Part shown: positions 37,578-50,921 of the stretch, piece after piece
Position numbering within the stretch: the first letter of the stretch is position 1
Layout: the number at the start of each line of letters is the position of its first letter
NCBI RefSeq assembly: GCF_030144855.1
Contig: NC_082732.1
Location: forward strand, 18,414,001 to 18,478,000
From: Hypanus sabinus
Lineage: Eukaryota
DNA: 64,000 bases
Direction: 5' to 3'
The notes under the pieces: model-generated
What the model saw: the letters and a program-made list of their open reading frames with translations, nothing else
Database searches by the model: none
Told to the model about the DNA's origin: nothing
Program-made: the position numbers and the translations under genes

Positions 37578-38189
37578 ACACGAGAAAGACTGCAGATGCT
37601 GGAACTCCAAAGCAGCACATGCACAAAATGCTGGAGGAACTCGGCAAGCCAGGCAACATCCATGGAAAAAAGTAAGCAGTCGATGTTTCAGACTGGGACC
37701 CTTCTTCAGGACTGAGAAGGAAGGGGGAAGATACCATGATAAAAAGAAAGGGAGAGGGGAAAGAAGCTAGCAGGAAGCTGACAGGCAAAGCCAGGTGGGT
37801 GGGATAGGCCAAGAAATAATCTGATTGGAGAGGAGAGGGGGCAATAGGAGAAAGAGGAGGAGGAGGGGACCCAGGAGAAAGTAATAGGCAGGTGAGAAGA
37901 AGTGAAAGGTCATGGTGGGGAATGGAGAAATGGGGGGGGGGGGGGTCATTTTTTACCAGAAGGGGAAATTGATATTCATGCCATCAGGTTGGAGGGTACC
38001 CAGGCAGAATATAAGGTGCTGCTCCTCCACCCTGAGGGTGGTCTCATCTTGGCAGGAGAGGCGGCCATGGATTGGCACATTGGGATGGGTATGGGAATCA
38101 GAATTAAAGTGTTTGGCCAGCCAGAAGTCTCACTTGTGACGGATGGTGCAGAGGCGCTCGAAGAAGAGGACCCCAACCTACGACGGGTC
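37578..38189 (-). mobile_element. Penelope-like element 3' end with 8-bp TSD, inside a SINE-like repeat (~37050-38365)
   Basis: TTGCTGTA at 37570-77 and 38190-97; GIY-YIG C-terminal remnant homologous to 32223-32468. Confidence 0.85.
37677..37714 (-). ncRNA. Minimal hammerhead ribozyme motif
   Basis: rc cagtc-CTGAAGA-agggtcccagtct-GAAA-CATC-gactg: perfect 5-bp stem I, intact boxes, AUC triplet. Confidence 0.55.
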
Positions 38190-38599
38190 TTGCTGTAGTT
38201 TTGTTGCTTGTTGTGGCAAGTGTTCTGCCAGGTGTTGTGGGCATACTATATTGGCACCAAAGTGTGTCACAACACTTGCGGGCTGTCCCCCGCACACACT
38301 TTGGTCCTATTGGGTTTTACTCATGTTTTGAAGTACACGTGATAAATAAACTGGAATCTTGATGAAGGTACAGTTTGCTCATATGATACAAAAAAGTCTT
38401 GGGTTGGCAGGGCTGGAGTCTTCCCCTACCTATCTTTGTGTACAATGGGCCAGTGATTGAACCAAGACTAGATATGCAGATGCCCTGATTAGGCGTGTGT
38501 AGAAAATGACAAAAGAAAAATAATTCCTTATTTTGTCGTGAAATATGTGTTGTTGAGGTTGAGAGCTTTCAGTGACCTTGATATAATTGCAGCTATGAG

Positions 38600-39260
38600 A
38601 ATTGTTCAAGAGGGTAATAGAAATAATCCTGGGAATTAGAGATCAGTGAGACTAAGTCAATGGTGGGCAACTTAATTGAGAGGGTTCTTAGAGATAGGAT
38701 TTATGAGCGTTTGGAGAAGCATAGTCTAACTATGGTTAGTCAGCATGGCTTTGCAAATGGCACATTGTGCCTCACGAGACTGATTAACATTTCCAAAGAA
38801 ATGACAGATCAAATTGATGAAGGTAGAGCGGTGAATATGGTGTATATTGATTTTAGTTAGGCATTGACAAGGTTCCCCATGGAAGGCCCATTCAGAAAGC
38901 TATGAGGCAAGGGATCAATGGAAGCCGGGCAGTGTAGATTCTGAATTGGCTAGCCCACCACAAGGCAGAGGGTGGTAGTAGATGGAGTGCTTTCTGATTA
39001 GAGGTCCTTGACAAGTGGTGTCTCACAGGGGATCTCTCCTTTTGTGATTTTTATAAATGACTCGGATAAGAAAGTGGAAGGTTAGTGTTGTTGTGGAGAG
39101 TGTAGAAGGCTGTTGCAGCTGACAGCTAGGCTGAGAAGTGGCAGATGGAGTTCAGTCTGGAAAAGTGTGAAGTGATACACTTTGGAAGGTCGAACCTGAA
39201 GACAAAGTAGAAGGTTAATTTGCTAAATTCTTAGCAATGTGTGAACAGAGGGATCTCTCT
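38600..39260 (+). mobile_element. CR1 RT fragment
   Basis: SQHGFANGTLCLTRLINI..DEGRAVNMVYIDFS. Confidence 0.85.
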
Positions 39261-39489
39261 GTTATCTATCTTTCTCTATCACTTCCTCACCCTCCATCAC
39301 ATATATTTCTCTCTCTTGAACTTTCTATCTGTCATGTTCTGAGATTCAAAAACTACTTTTCCCCACATGGCCAATGGATAGAATCTTCATTGATTCCAAA
39401 AGAAATGACAGTGCCACAGTAGCATTACAAGTGCAGAGATATACGGATTTTCGAAGGGAAGTAAGAAAGAATTTTTAAAAATAAGTCTT

Positions 39490-40060
39490 ACAGCAGGCGG
39501 TCATCACATTCTCAGCCATAGGTTGACTCATTATAGAGCCTAATGTCCAAGGGTCAAAAATGACCTTATATTATGCTCTTTGGAGCAGAGCAGTTGTCTT
39601 ACTCTATTATCAAAATTGCTTCTCTGTTCAGCCAAGGAAGGTGAGAAACATTGTCCAGAACCTCCAGGATTTTGCAGAGGGTCCCTTGTTCTACCACATC
39701 CTTCAGAGTCCAGTTTGACTCCTATAACGGAGCCAGCCTTTCTAATCAGTTTACTGAGTCTGTTGGCATCACTGGTGTTGATGCCATTGCCCCAGCACAG
39801 CACCACATAGAAGATTGTACTGTAACAACTGACTGGTAGAACGTGTGATGGAGAAATCTGCACACTCCGAAGGACCTCAGTCTCCTCAGGAAGTAGAGGC
39901 AACTCTGACCTTTCTTGTACACAGCCTCTGTGTTGGTTCTCCACTCAAGTCTGTCATCCAGGTGCACTCCCAGGTACTTGTAGGTCATCAGTAGTAACAG
40001 GGGTCAGTGCAGGCTTAGTCTACCTGAAGTCTATCACCATCTCCTTTGTCTTACTGATGT
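39490..40060 (-). mobile_element. Rex1/Babar-type LINE fragment (family of 2090-2775)
   Basis: YKYLGVHLDDRLEW..VYKKGQSCLYFLRRLRSF; IFYVVLCWGNGINTSDANRLSKLIRKAGS. Confidence 0.85.
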
Positions 40061-40384
40061 AACACCAAATGCAGCCCTGTTGATGTGAGTTGTTAGCTGC
40101 ACATCCTGCAGACTTGTTACAGGCTCCATCCTCTTGTCTGTACTGAGCTGATTGAACTCAACCAAGGCCCAAGTGGGAAATTGTGCAACTTGTCTTAGTG
40201 GAAGAAAATTTCAAAGCAGAGGGATATTTCCATCAAATGAGATCTGCTATTACTGCTACACAGGATAATTGTCGGAGGAGAATGGGATCATGCTTAGTTG
40301 TAAAATACCTGCAATAGCCTGGCATTTAAAACAACAAATAGTGGAAATAGTCGGCAGGACAGGCAGCATCAGCGGCAGGAGAAA

Positions 40385-40745
40385 AATCAGAATCAGACTT
40401 TAACCGCCAAGTACTTGTGCACATACAAGGAATTTACTTCCGGCAGATGTTGTCTCTCTGCTCATAACAATAATAATGATAAATATAAATGAAAATATAG
40501 ATTATACATACAAGTAGTGCAATCCAAGTAATAGTTAGCCGACAGTTAACTGGCAGTTAACTGTTCAGCAAAGTGACCGCAGTAGGGAAAAAACTTCTCC
40601 AGTGCCCATTAGTCTTAGTCTGGAGGGATCTGAAGCGCCTACCAGACGGAAGCAGTTCAAACAGTCCGTGCACAGGATGGAAGGAGTCCTTTATGATGCT
40701 CCCCGCCCTCTTCTTCAACCTGGAAGGGTACAGGTCCACAATAGA
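40385..40745 (-). mobile_element. Rex1-type LINE 3' end
   Basis: IIKDSFHPVHGLFELLPSGRRFRSL..SFFPTAVTLLN; AATCAG tail. Confidence 0.8.
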
Positions 40746-41239
40746 TTAATATTTTAATAGATTAAAAAGGTTAATATTTCCATTCAATGAACTTTCATCA
40801 AAACCTGGAAATGCAAGAAAACAAACATGTCTGTGTGTCGAAGAAGGGGAACAGAGGAGAAAGAAAAGGAACTGTTTGTGATAGTGTGGAGACCAGGCCA
40901 GACCAAATGATGCTGAACAAGTCATATTAATCACAACGGATCTCTGCAGTAGATGACAATGAATGGATAAAGATTGGTACAGAGGGAGAGAAGAGAAACA
41001 ATTTTAAGACTGTAAGATAGTATTTTCAAGAACAGTGAAGTAAAAGAGAATGCTGGAAATACTTGACAGTCTTTGCTGCAATTCTGGAGAGAATCTGAGG
41101 AAGAATCAGAATCACCTTTATTATCACCAATTTAGATGAAAGGAAATTTGTTGTTTTGTGATAGCAGTACAGTGCAAAGACAAAGACACTACAAGAGACA
41201 TAATACAAATAAATATTGCAAAAACTAATGATGTAGTAG

Positions 41240-41620
41240 CAACACACAGAAAATGCTGGAGGAACTCACCAGATCAGATAGCCTCAATGGAAATAAATGA
41301 ATAGTTAATATGTCAGGCCGAGGCCTTTCTTCAGGACTGAGAAGGAAGGGGAAAGATATCAGAAAGAAAAGGTTAGGGGGAGGGGAAGGAGGCTATCTGG
41401 AAGGTGATAGGTGAAACCAGGTGGGTGGGAAAGGTCAAGGGCCGGAGAAGAAGGAATCTGATAGGAGAGGAGAGTGGACCATAAGAGAAAGGGAAGGAGG
41501 AGGGGACCCAGGGGGAAGTAATAGGCAACTGAGAAAGATAAAAGGTCAGAGTGGGGAATAGGGGAAGAGGAGAAGTGGGGGGGGGGATATTTTGCCGGAA
41601 CGAGAAATCGAATAATGCAG
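41240..41620 (-). mobile_element. Penelope pLTR-derived repeat (mutated hammerhead at ~41302-41339)
   Basis: Homologous to 37578-37980. Confidence 0.75.
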
Positions 41621-41799
41621 TAGTGCTCATGGGTTCCTGGGCTGTTCAGAGATCTCATGGGAGAGGAGAGGGAGCTGTTTCTGAGTCATAAGCTATAGGT
41701 CTTCTGTCTGATGGTATAACCAGAAGAGGGCCTATCTTCGATATGTCAATGTTACAGGCCGATAACCTTCCTTGAGAACTGGTCAATTCTGAAATAATA

Positions 41800-42020
41800 A
41801 ACACAAGAGATTCTGCAGATACTGGAAATCCAGAGCAATGCACACAAAATGATGAAGGAACTCAGCAGTTCAGGCAGCATCTATGGAGATGACAGTTGAC
41901 ATTTTGGGCTGAGACCATTCTTCGGGACTGCAAAGGAAGGGGGAAGATGCCAGAATAAAAAGGTTTGGGGAGAGGAAGGAGATGAGCTGGAAGGTGATAG
42001 GTGAAGCCAGGTGGTTGAGA
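41800..42020 (-). mobile_element. Penelope pLTR-derived repeat (mutated hammerhead at ~41893-41930)
   Basis: Homologous to 37578-37800. Confidence 0.75.
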
Positions 42021-42214
42021 TAAGTCATGGACCACAAGGCCCCACAGAAGATAGTAAAAACCACTGAGGTCTCCCTCCCCATTACCTGTGACATTTTCTG
42101 GGAGCATTACATATGTGGAGACCAAAGTATTGTTGAGGATCCCTATCTCCTATTCCACAATTTCTTTGACCCTCTACTTGCATTAGGACTCCCTGTCCAT
42201 TTGCAATACTAGTC

Positions 42215-42510
42215 TCTGAATTTGTTCCCCATTTAGAAAATAGTCTACTGAAGTACCTTCTTACACTGTATTCCATCTGACATTTCTTTGCCCATTATCC
42301 TAATCTGTCCAAGTCCTTCTGCAGACTCCCTGCTTCCTCAGCTCCACCTGCCCCTCTACTTATCTTTGTATCATCCGCAAACTTGTCCATATAGTTGTTA
42401 ATTCGATCATCCAGGTTGTTAACATACATATAATGAGGAAAGTAACAGACATGAAACAAACTCCAGCAGACCATCACTAGTTATTGGTAGCCAACCAGAA
42501 GAGGCCTTTT
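42215..42510 (-). mobile_element. CR1 RT fragment
   Basis: YVNNLDDRINNYMDKFADDTKI..LQKDLDRLG. Confidence 0.8.
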
Positions 42511-42564
42511 TTTTTGTAGAGCATCATGCATGAAGGACCCACCATGAACTCCTACAGCCACTTA

Positions 42565-43307
42565 TCAGAATCAGAATCAGGTTTATTGTCACCGGCATGT
42601 GTCGTGAAATTTGTTAACTTAGCAGTTCAATGCAATACATGATATAGGAGAAGAAAATAATAATAATATTTTATTAATCAATTACAGTATTCCTATATTG
42701 AATAGGTTAAAAATCATGCAAAAACCAGAAATAATGCATATTAATAAAATGAAGTAATGTTCATGGGTTCAATGTCCATTTAGGAATTGGATGGCAGAGG
42801 GGAAGAAGCTGTTCCTGAATCGCTGAGTGTGTGTCTTCAGGCTTCTGTACCTCCTATCTGATGGTAACAGTGAGAAGAGGGCATGTCCTGGGTTTTGGAG
42901 GTCCTTAATAATATACGCTGCCTTACTGAGACACCACTCCTTGAAGATGTCCTGAGTATTTTGTAGGCTGGTACCCAAGATGGAGCTGACTAAATTTACA
43001 ACCCTCTGCCCCTGTGCAGTATCCACCCCCCCCCCCCCACACCAGACAGTGATGCAGCCTGTCAGAATGCTCTCCACGGTACAACTATACAAGTTTTAAG
43101 TGTACTTGCTGATGTACGAAGTCTCTTCAAACTCCTGATGAACTATAATTGCTATCTTGCCTTTTTTGTAACTGCATTGATATATTGGGACCAGGTTGGG
43201 TCCTCAGAGATCTTGACACCAAGGAACTTGAAACTGCTCACTCTCTCCACTTCTGATCCATCCATGAGAACTGGCATGTGTTCCTTTGTCTTACCCTTCC
43301 TGAAGTC
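42565..43307 (-). mobile_element. Rex1/Babar-type LINE 3' end
   Basis: YSCTVESILTGCITVW..HALFSLLPSDRRYRSLKTHTQRFRNSFFPSAIQFLN. Confidence 0.85.
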
Positions 43308-44895
43308 CTGTGATTTCATTCTCTGAGGTCAATATGCAAGCAGTGTTCAGGAGGGTGAACCCACAGAAAGCATCCAGCTGAGATGGGGTGCCTGGCCACG
43401 TACTAAAATCCAGCTGGGTGGAGTGCTTACCTCACCATTAACCTGTCACTCCAGCAGCCTGAGGTAGCCACTTGCTTTAACCTCCCTCTAACATCCAGGA
43501 GCAATTACATTCATAGTGATGAAGTGTTTTGAGGGGCTACTGATGAAACCTATCAACTCCTTCCTGTGAACTCACTTGCATCCACTCCTAATTGCCTATC
43601 AGAGCAACAGGTCTACAGCAGATCTCACTTAATCCTAGAACAGCATAGATGCACACATCAGGATGCTCTTTACTGACTACAGCTCAGCATTCAATACCAT
43701 CATCCTCTGAAAACTAATCAATAAGCTTCAAGACCTTGGCTTCATCACCTCTCTGTGCAATTGGATCCTCGATTTCTGCACCTGCAGAGCCCAGTCCGTT
43801 TGGATTGGCAACAACATCTCTTCCATGATCTCCATCAGCACAGGTGCTCCACAAGGTCTTGTGCTTCGTCCCCTACTCTACACACTTCGAGGCTAAGCAC
43901 AGCTCTAATGCCATACGCAAGTTTGCTGATGGCTCCACTGTCACAGGTCGAATCAAAGGCAATGTTGAGTCAGCATATAGGAAGGGTGATGAAAATCTTG
44001 CTGAGTGGTGTCATAACAACAACCTCTTGCTCAATGTCAGCAAGACCAAGGAGCTGATTATTGACTTCTGGAGTAGGAATCCAGAGGTCCTTGAGCCAGT
44101 TCTCATTGGAGTATCAGTGGTGGAGAGGGCCAGCAATGTTAAATCCCTTTATGTTATTATCTTGGAGGAACCGCACATAAGTGCAATTACGAAAAAAAAG
44201 CATGGCAATGCCTCTACTTCCTTAGGAGCTTGCAAAAATTCGGCATGCCATCTGAAACTTTTAAAAACTTCTATTGATGTGTGGTGGAGAGTATATCAAC
44301 TGGCTGCATCACAGCCTGGTATGGAAACACCAATACTCTTGAATGGAAAATCCGACAAGAAATAGTGGATACAGCCCAGTCCATCATGGGAAAAGCCTCC
44401 CCAACATTGAGCACATCCGCACAAAAAGTTGTCACAGGAAAGCAGCATCCATCATTAAGGATCCCCACCACCCAGGACATTCTCTCTTCTCACTGCTGAC
44501 ATCAGGAAGAAGGTACAGGAGCCTCAGGACTCACACCACCAGGTTCAGGAACAGTTATTACCCCTCAACCATCAAGCTCTTGAGGGGATAACTTCACTTG
44601 CCCCCATCATTAAAATGTTCCCATCACCTATAAACTCACTTTCAAGGACTCATCTCCTATTCTCGAAAATTATTGCTTATTTATTTATTACTGTCATTTC
44701 TTTCATTTTGTATTTGCACAGTTCATTGTCTTTTGCAAACTGGCTGAATGCCCGATTTTTGGTGCAGTCTTTCATTGATTCTACTATGGTTGTTATTCTA
44801 ATATGGATTCATTGAATTTGCTCATTAGAAAATGAATCTCAGGGCTGTATATGGTAACATATATGTACTTTGATCACAAATTTACTTTAAAGTTT
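43308..44895 (+). mobile_element. Rex1/Babar-type LINE, decayed RT through 3' end
   Basis: [73 protein letters not shown]. Confidence 0.88.
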
Positions 44896-45877
44896 GAGTA
44901 CAGCACGGTAGAGGCCTCTTGGCCCTGTAGTTTTTTCTGGCCTTTTAACATCTCTAAGGTCAATCTAATCCTTCCCTCTCATGTAGCCCTTCATTTTAAA
45001 ATTTCATTTATGTGAAATTTAAGAGTCTCTTAAGTATCTCTAATGAATCTACCCCTACCATAGCTCTCAGCAGGGCACTTCATAGACTTTCCTTTCTCGG
45101 TATGAGACATCCCGCCCTGCCTCCACCCGACTCCAATCACCTTAAAATCATGTCCTCTTGCATTAGCCCTTGCCGCTCTGGGAATTTTTCTCACTCTTTG
45201 CCTTCTGCCAGTCAGTCATTCTTCTTCCCATGTTAGCATCTCTCCTGTCATACCACGAGCTCTTATTTCGTTAAGCAGCCTCATGTGCGGCACCTCGTTA
45301 TTGAGGAACTGTGGCCTGACCCGTAATATTTGTGAATGGTGGGCAGGTCTGAGGAGCCAGGAGGTCAACCCCAAGTACTGTATGTTCTTACTTGCTTGTG
45401 TATCCCCATCAAGTGCAGTTGTATATGCCAACAGTCAGGCAACAATCATTTCTGTATCTATGGTACTGTAGCAAAGGAACAGAATTTTATGATTAAAAGT
45501 GTAAAATGGAAGGCTATGTGGGAGGGGAGGGTTAGATTAACCTGAGAGTATATTAAAAGGTCAGGACAACATCATAAACTGGAAGAGCTGTACTGATCTG
45601 TACTGTTCTGTGTTCTATGTTCTAGGGTAGTGACATTGACATGGATGGTATTTTGTATTATAAAGTAAGATAGGCTCACAGCAGACTTTGGCATCTTACA
45701 GGTAATTGTAGTCAAGACTGATCCCTGCATGCATTGCCAGTTAGCACTGAGGTCAATTATGCAGACAGAAAAAAAAATAATCATCTTGTATGTAGCTGGA
45801 GTTTTGGAGAAACTCAGAAGGATTTTCAACAAACACCAAATCCCAGTGTTTTTTAAACCTACAAACACCCTCAGACA

Positions 45878-48800
45878 AAAAGGTTGAATTTTAAAACAAG
45901 ACCAAGTAGAGTGTAAAAAAGTACCAATTTCTTGATTACATCGAAAACATTGATCAGATAAATTTGAGTTTAATCTATTTATTTTTTGAGGTGTAATATA
46001 TAATTGATGTAAAAAGTTATATTGTACTAATCTTAGTCAAACATTTATTGTATTTGTCATACTGTCAAGACATAATCTTGACCAACTTGTTTCATCAATT
46101 TTAATATTCAAATCCATTTCACATTTTTGTCTTGACTTATGAATTCCTTGTTTAATTGCCTGTTTTTGAATCAAATTATACATACCAGAAATAATTTTTT
46201 AAATTTTTCCTTCATGAATGAAAGTTTCTATTTCATTAGATTTCGGCAATAACATTGTTTGACCCAGTTTATCTCTTAAATAAGCCCTTAATTGGAAATA
46301 ACAGAAAAGATTGTTATTTGATATTTTGTACTTATTCTTTAATTGGTCAAATGACATTAATATACCTCCTTCAAAACAGTCTCCTATATATCTAATCCCT
46401 TTGTGAAAACAGTTATATAAAAGTTGATTATCCATTGTAAACGGAATAAGTTTATTTTGAATTAAAGGTCTCTTTGCTAATAAAGATTTCTTTATCTCAT
46501 CATCAACATTTATCTTATTCCATGTCAATCAAATGTTTTAGTATAGGAGATTCTTTCTTTTCCCGTATCCATTTAGATTCCCATTTATATATAAAATCTT
46601 CTGGTATATTTTCTCCTATTTTATCTAATTCTATTCTAATCCATGCTGGTTTATCTTCATCAAAAAAAAGATGCAATAAATCTAAGTTGATTTGCTTTGT
46701 AATAATTCTTAAAATTTGGTAATTGGAACCCTCCTAGGTCAAATTACCATGTCAATTTTTCCAACGATATTCTTGACATCTTACCTTTCCAAAGGAACTT
46801 CCTCACACATTTATTTAACTCTTGAAAAAACTTCTGTGGTCATTGTATTGGTAGTGTTTGGAATAAATATTGTAATCTAGGGAATATATTCATTTTTACA
46901 GCATTGACTCTACCTACTAATGTTACTGGTAACATCATCCATTTGTCAAGATCCTCTTGAATTTTTTTCAATAATGGCAAATAATTTAGTTTATATAAAT
47001 TCTTTATATCATTATCAACTCTTATACCTAAATACTTTATACCATTTATCGGCCATCTAAATTGAGTTATTAATCGACGTTGACTATAATCTCCTTTAGT
47101 AAGGGGTAGAATTTCACTTTTATCCCAATTTATTTTGTACCCTGATATTTTCCCATATTCTTCCAATCTAGAAGATAATTTACGCAACAAATGCAATGGG
47201 TTAGTTAGATAAATCAGAACATCATCAGCAAATAAGTTAATCTTATATTCCTCCTGATTAACTCTGAAACCCATAATATCTGAATCAGTTCTAATCAATT
47301 CAGCTAATGGTTCTATCGCCAACACACATAAAGCAGGTGATAATGGACAACCTTGTCTAGTTGACCTTGTTAACTGAAATGATGTTGAAATTTGGCCTTT
47401 TGTCATCACTTTAGCTTCGGGGTTAGTATTTAAGGTTTTAATCCATTTTATAAAAGATACTCTTAATCCATATTTTTCCAATACCTTAAATAAAAAATCC
47501 CATTCCAATCTATCAAATGCTTTTTCTGCATCCAAAGCAACTGCCACATACTTTTGTGCCAAATGAATTATGCTAAGTAACCGAGTTACATTATCTGCCG
47601 ATTGTCTATTTTTAATAAATCCTGTTTGGTCCATGTGTATTAATTTTGGTAAGTATTTAGATAATCTATTAGATAAAATCTTTGCTATTATTTTATAGTC
47701 CATGTTCAACAAAGAGAAAGGTCTATATGATGTTGGCTTTAAAAGATCTCTGTCTTTTTTTGGCAATACTATTAAAATAGCTGTCGAAAAAGATTCTGGA
47801 AGTTTATGCGTTCTTTCCGCTTGGTGTATTAGCTCCATAAAAGGAGGAATTAATAAATCTTTAAACTTTTTGTAAAATTCAGGCGGAAAACCATCTTCTC
47901 CTGGAGATTTATTACTCTGAAGTGATCCTAGAGCTTCTTCGACCTCTTTTAATGTAAAAGGCAGATTTAATCCCTTCTGTTCTTCCAAATTCAATTTTGG
48001 GAGAATTATTTGTAATAAAAACCTTTCTATCTCAACAATATCATTTTATGATTCTGATTGATACAGTTCAGAATAAAAAATTTTTAAAGTTTCATTGATT
48101 TCTAAAGGTTTATAAGTAATTTTATTTACACTTGTTCTAATTGCAATTATTGTTTTAGATGCCTGGTCTGTTTTTAACTGCCAAGCAAGAATCTTGTGTG
48201 ATCTTTCACCTAGTTCATAATATCTCTGTTTAGTTCTCATAATTGCTTTTTCTGTTCGGTATGTCTGAAATGTATTATATTGTAGCTTCTTATTAACAAG
48301 TTGTCTTTGTTTTTCTTCTGTCATATATCTTTGAGATTCTTTTTCTAATTTTGTAATCTCTTTTTCCAATTGATCTATTTCTACCATATATTCCTTAATT
48401 TTAGAAGTATAACTTATTATCTGGCCTCTCAAATATGCCTTCATCACTTCCCATAATATAAATTTATCATCAACTGAATGTGAGTTTGTATCTAAAAAAA
48501 ACTGAATCTGCTTTTTCATAAAATCACAAAAATCTTGACGTTTTAATAATATTGAATTAAATCTCCATCTGTAAATCGATTCCTCCTTATCCATCATTAT
48601 CATTGTCATTATCAAGGGGGAATGATCTGACAATATTCTTGCATTATATTTCATACTTTTCACTCTGTCTTGAATATTCACTGATAGTAGGAAAAAATCT
48701 ATCCTTGAATAAGTTTTATGTCCATTTGAATAAAATGAATAATCGCTTTCTCTTGGGTTAATTCTTCTCCATATATCAATCAAATTTAAATCTTTCATCA

Positions 48801-49308
48801 ATAATAAAGTTAATTTTGCTACTTTTGATTTTGTAACAACCTTTGTTGATCTATCTAAAACTGGGTCTAGACAAAAATTAAAGTCTCCACCTATTAATAT
48901 TTTATCATATGCATCAGCCAAATTCAAAAAAGCTTCTTGTATTAATTTTACATCATTTTCATTTGGTGCATAAACATTCATTAGAGTCCATAGTTCTGAA
49001 AGGATTTGACTATGTATAATTACATATCTTCCCGCAGAATCAATTAATACATTTTGTATTTTGATTGGTAAAGTTCTGTTAACCAAAATTGCAACTCCCC
49101 TCACTTTTGAATTAAATGAAGCTGCAATAACATTGCCAACCCAATCTCTCTTCAATTTCTGATGTTCTATCTCTGTTAAATGTGTTTCTTGTATAAAAGC
49201 TATATCTATTTTCATTTTCTTAAAGTATGTTAAAATTATTTTTCTTTTCACCAGTCCATTAAGCCCATTAACATTAAAACTTAAAAAATTCATTAAATTA
49301 GTCATCAT
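45878..49308 (-). pseudogene. L1 ORF2 (APE endonuclease + reverse transcriptase), frameshifted; last ~110 codons lie at 51058-51396 on plus
   Basis: SFNVNGL, IQETHL, GGDFN, SRIDFF, SDH (EN); KSPGEDG, LDAEKAFD, RQGCPLSP, LFADD, KYLG (RT); CFRC..H..WSC Cys motif. Confidence 0.93.
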
Positions 49309-49807
49309 TTTTAATGGGGTTACTCCAATCTATAATAATACATAATATTTCAACTCTCGTAGTACCTTGGGGAATTATTTAAAAATTCTCCATGTTGCTA
49401 TGTGTCTCCCCTCCGATCATTCAGGCAAAGAAAGAAAGATAAAGGAAAAATAGATTATAAAGAAAAAAGCAACAAAAAAACTCCTGCTAATGTTGTGAAT
49501 GAAAAAAAAGACAACATTACCCCCCTCCATTGTGCGGGTCTTAGCAAACGCCATGAGTACACACGTGAATCCCATAGTGATCGATCTGAAGTTCCCCCAG
49601 CTCCCCCAACATGAAAAAAGTATATGTAAGAGAAGAAAAAATAATATCACTACTCTCAATTAATATTTCTCAAATTTTTACCTATCTCCCCTGTATCATA
49701 TAATTAAAATTATATTTAACTATCCTTCTGTCCTTAATGTCCATCAATTCACTTCACTGTCCTCATCTTCATCTTTAATCTGTTTCACTTTTAAATCTTT
49801 ACAGTGT

Positions 49808-50921
49808 CTAGCGAATATTTGGGAGTTCTTGTGCAAACTCCTCTGCATTCCGATGATCAGTAAAAAAATCTTCTTTTTCCGTCATCCAAAAAAATTATCA
49901 GTGTTGCCGGGTGGCGCAATATAAATTTATAACCCTTTTCCCATAAAACATTTTTCGCTGGATTAAATTCCTTCTTTCTCTTCAAAAGGTCATAACTTAT
50001 ATCAAGATAGAAAAGAACTGCTTTCCCTTCTATCATCAATGGCTCATTTCTCTTTCTGGCACATTGGGCAGCCGCCTCCAGGATCTTTTCTTTATCTTGA
50101 TATCTTACGCATTTTATCAAGATTGGTCATGGGTTTTGATCAGGTTGAGGTTTTGGTCTTAAGGCTCTGTGGGCCCTTTCAATTTCAATCAACTGGGTTC
50201 CCTCTTCCATTTCCAAATTTTCCGGGATCCATTTTTGAAAAAATTTTATTGGATCCTCTCCCTCTATCCCTTCTTTAAGACCAACAATTTTAATATTATT
50301 TCGTCTACTAAAATTTTCAAGCATGTTTATTTTTTCCAACAGTCATTTTCTTTCTGATATCCAGGCAAGAATATTACCTTCCATTTTATTCACTCTATCA
50401 ATGGTGTCGCCTGTTATTTCTTCCAACTTTTTAACTTTCTTGACCATTTTCTCCTGTTTTTTCACCATTTTATCAAACATAGTCTTCATATTTTTAATAT
50501 CTTCTTTTATTATTTTTAATGTTTTTAATTCTATTAATTCATGCATTATTTGCACCAAAGCTTTTCTTATGTCTCCAGAAGATCATCCACCTCTAACCTC
50601 TTCCTGTTGTTCTTCTTTTGCCTCCTCATCTTCATCTGTATGTTCCAGAGAATCCGAATCCACCTCAGGTTCATTTTCACTTCCACTTCCAATCGTAGCT
50701 GGGATTTGTAGTTCAAATTGCTCGTGTTTGCACATGCCCTTTCCTTTGCGCACACGCAGTTCCCGTTGTTCCTTCTTGGAGACTGTTGATGTTGCTGCCG
50801 ATTCCTGTTCTGTATCTCCGGAGGTAAGATACACTTGAGTCCGAGGCTCCTTCATGGTGGCCGGCCCAGCTTGTACTGTCTTCAAAGTAGTAGTTTTCTT
50901 CTGCATCTGTTTAGGAGGCAT
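49808..50921 (-). pseudogene. L1 ORF1 (coiled coil + RRM + CTD), disrupted
   Basis: MPPKQ..; LENFSRRNNIKIVGLKEG..IEIERAHR..FYLDISYDLLKRKKEF..RHPATL; stops and frameshifts. Confidence 0.9.

Noticed and set aside
46840-49308. L1 ORF2 as an active CDS
   Set aside because: Frameshift between EN and RT, in-frame stops, a small RT deletion and a physically inverted C-terminus make it non-functional.
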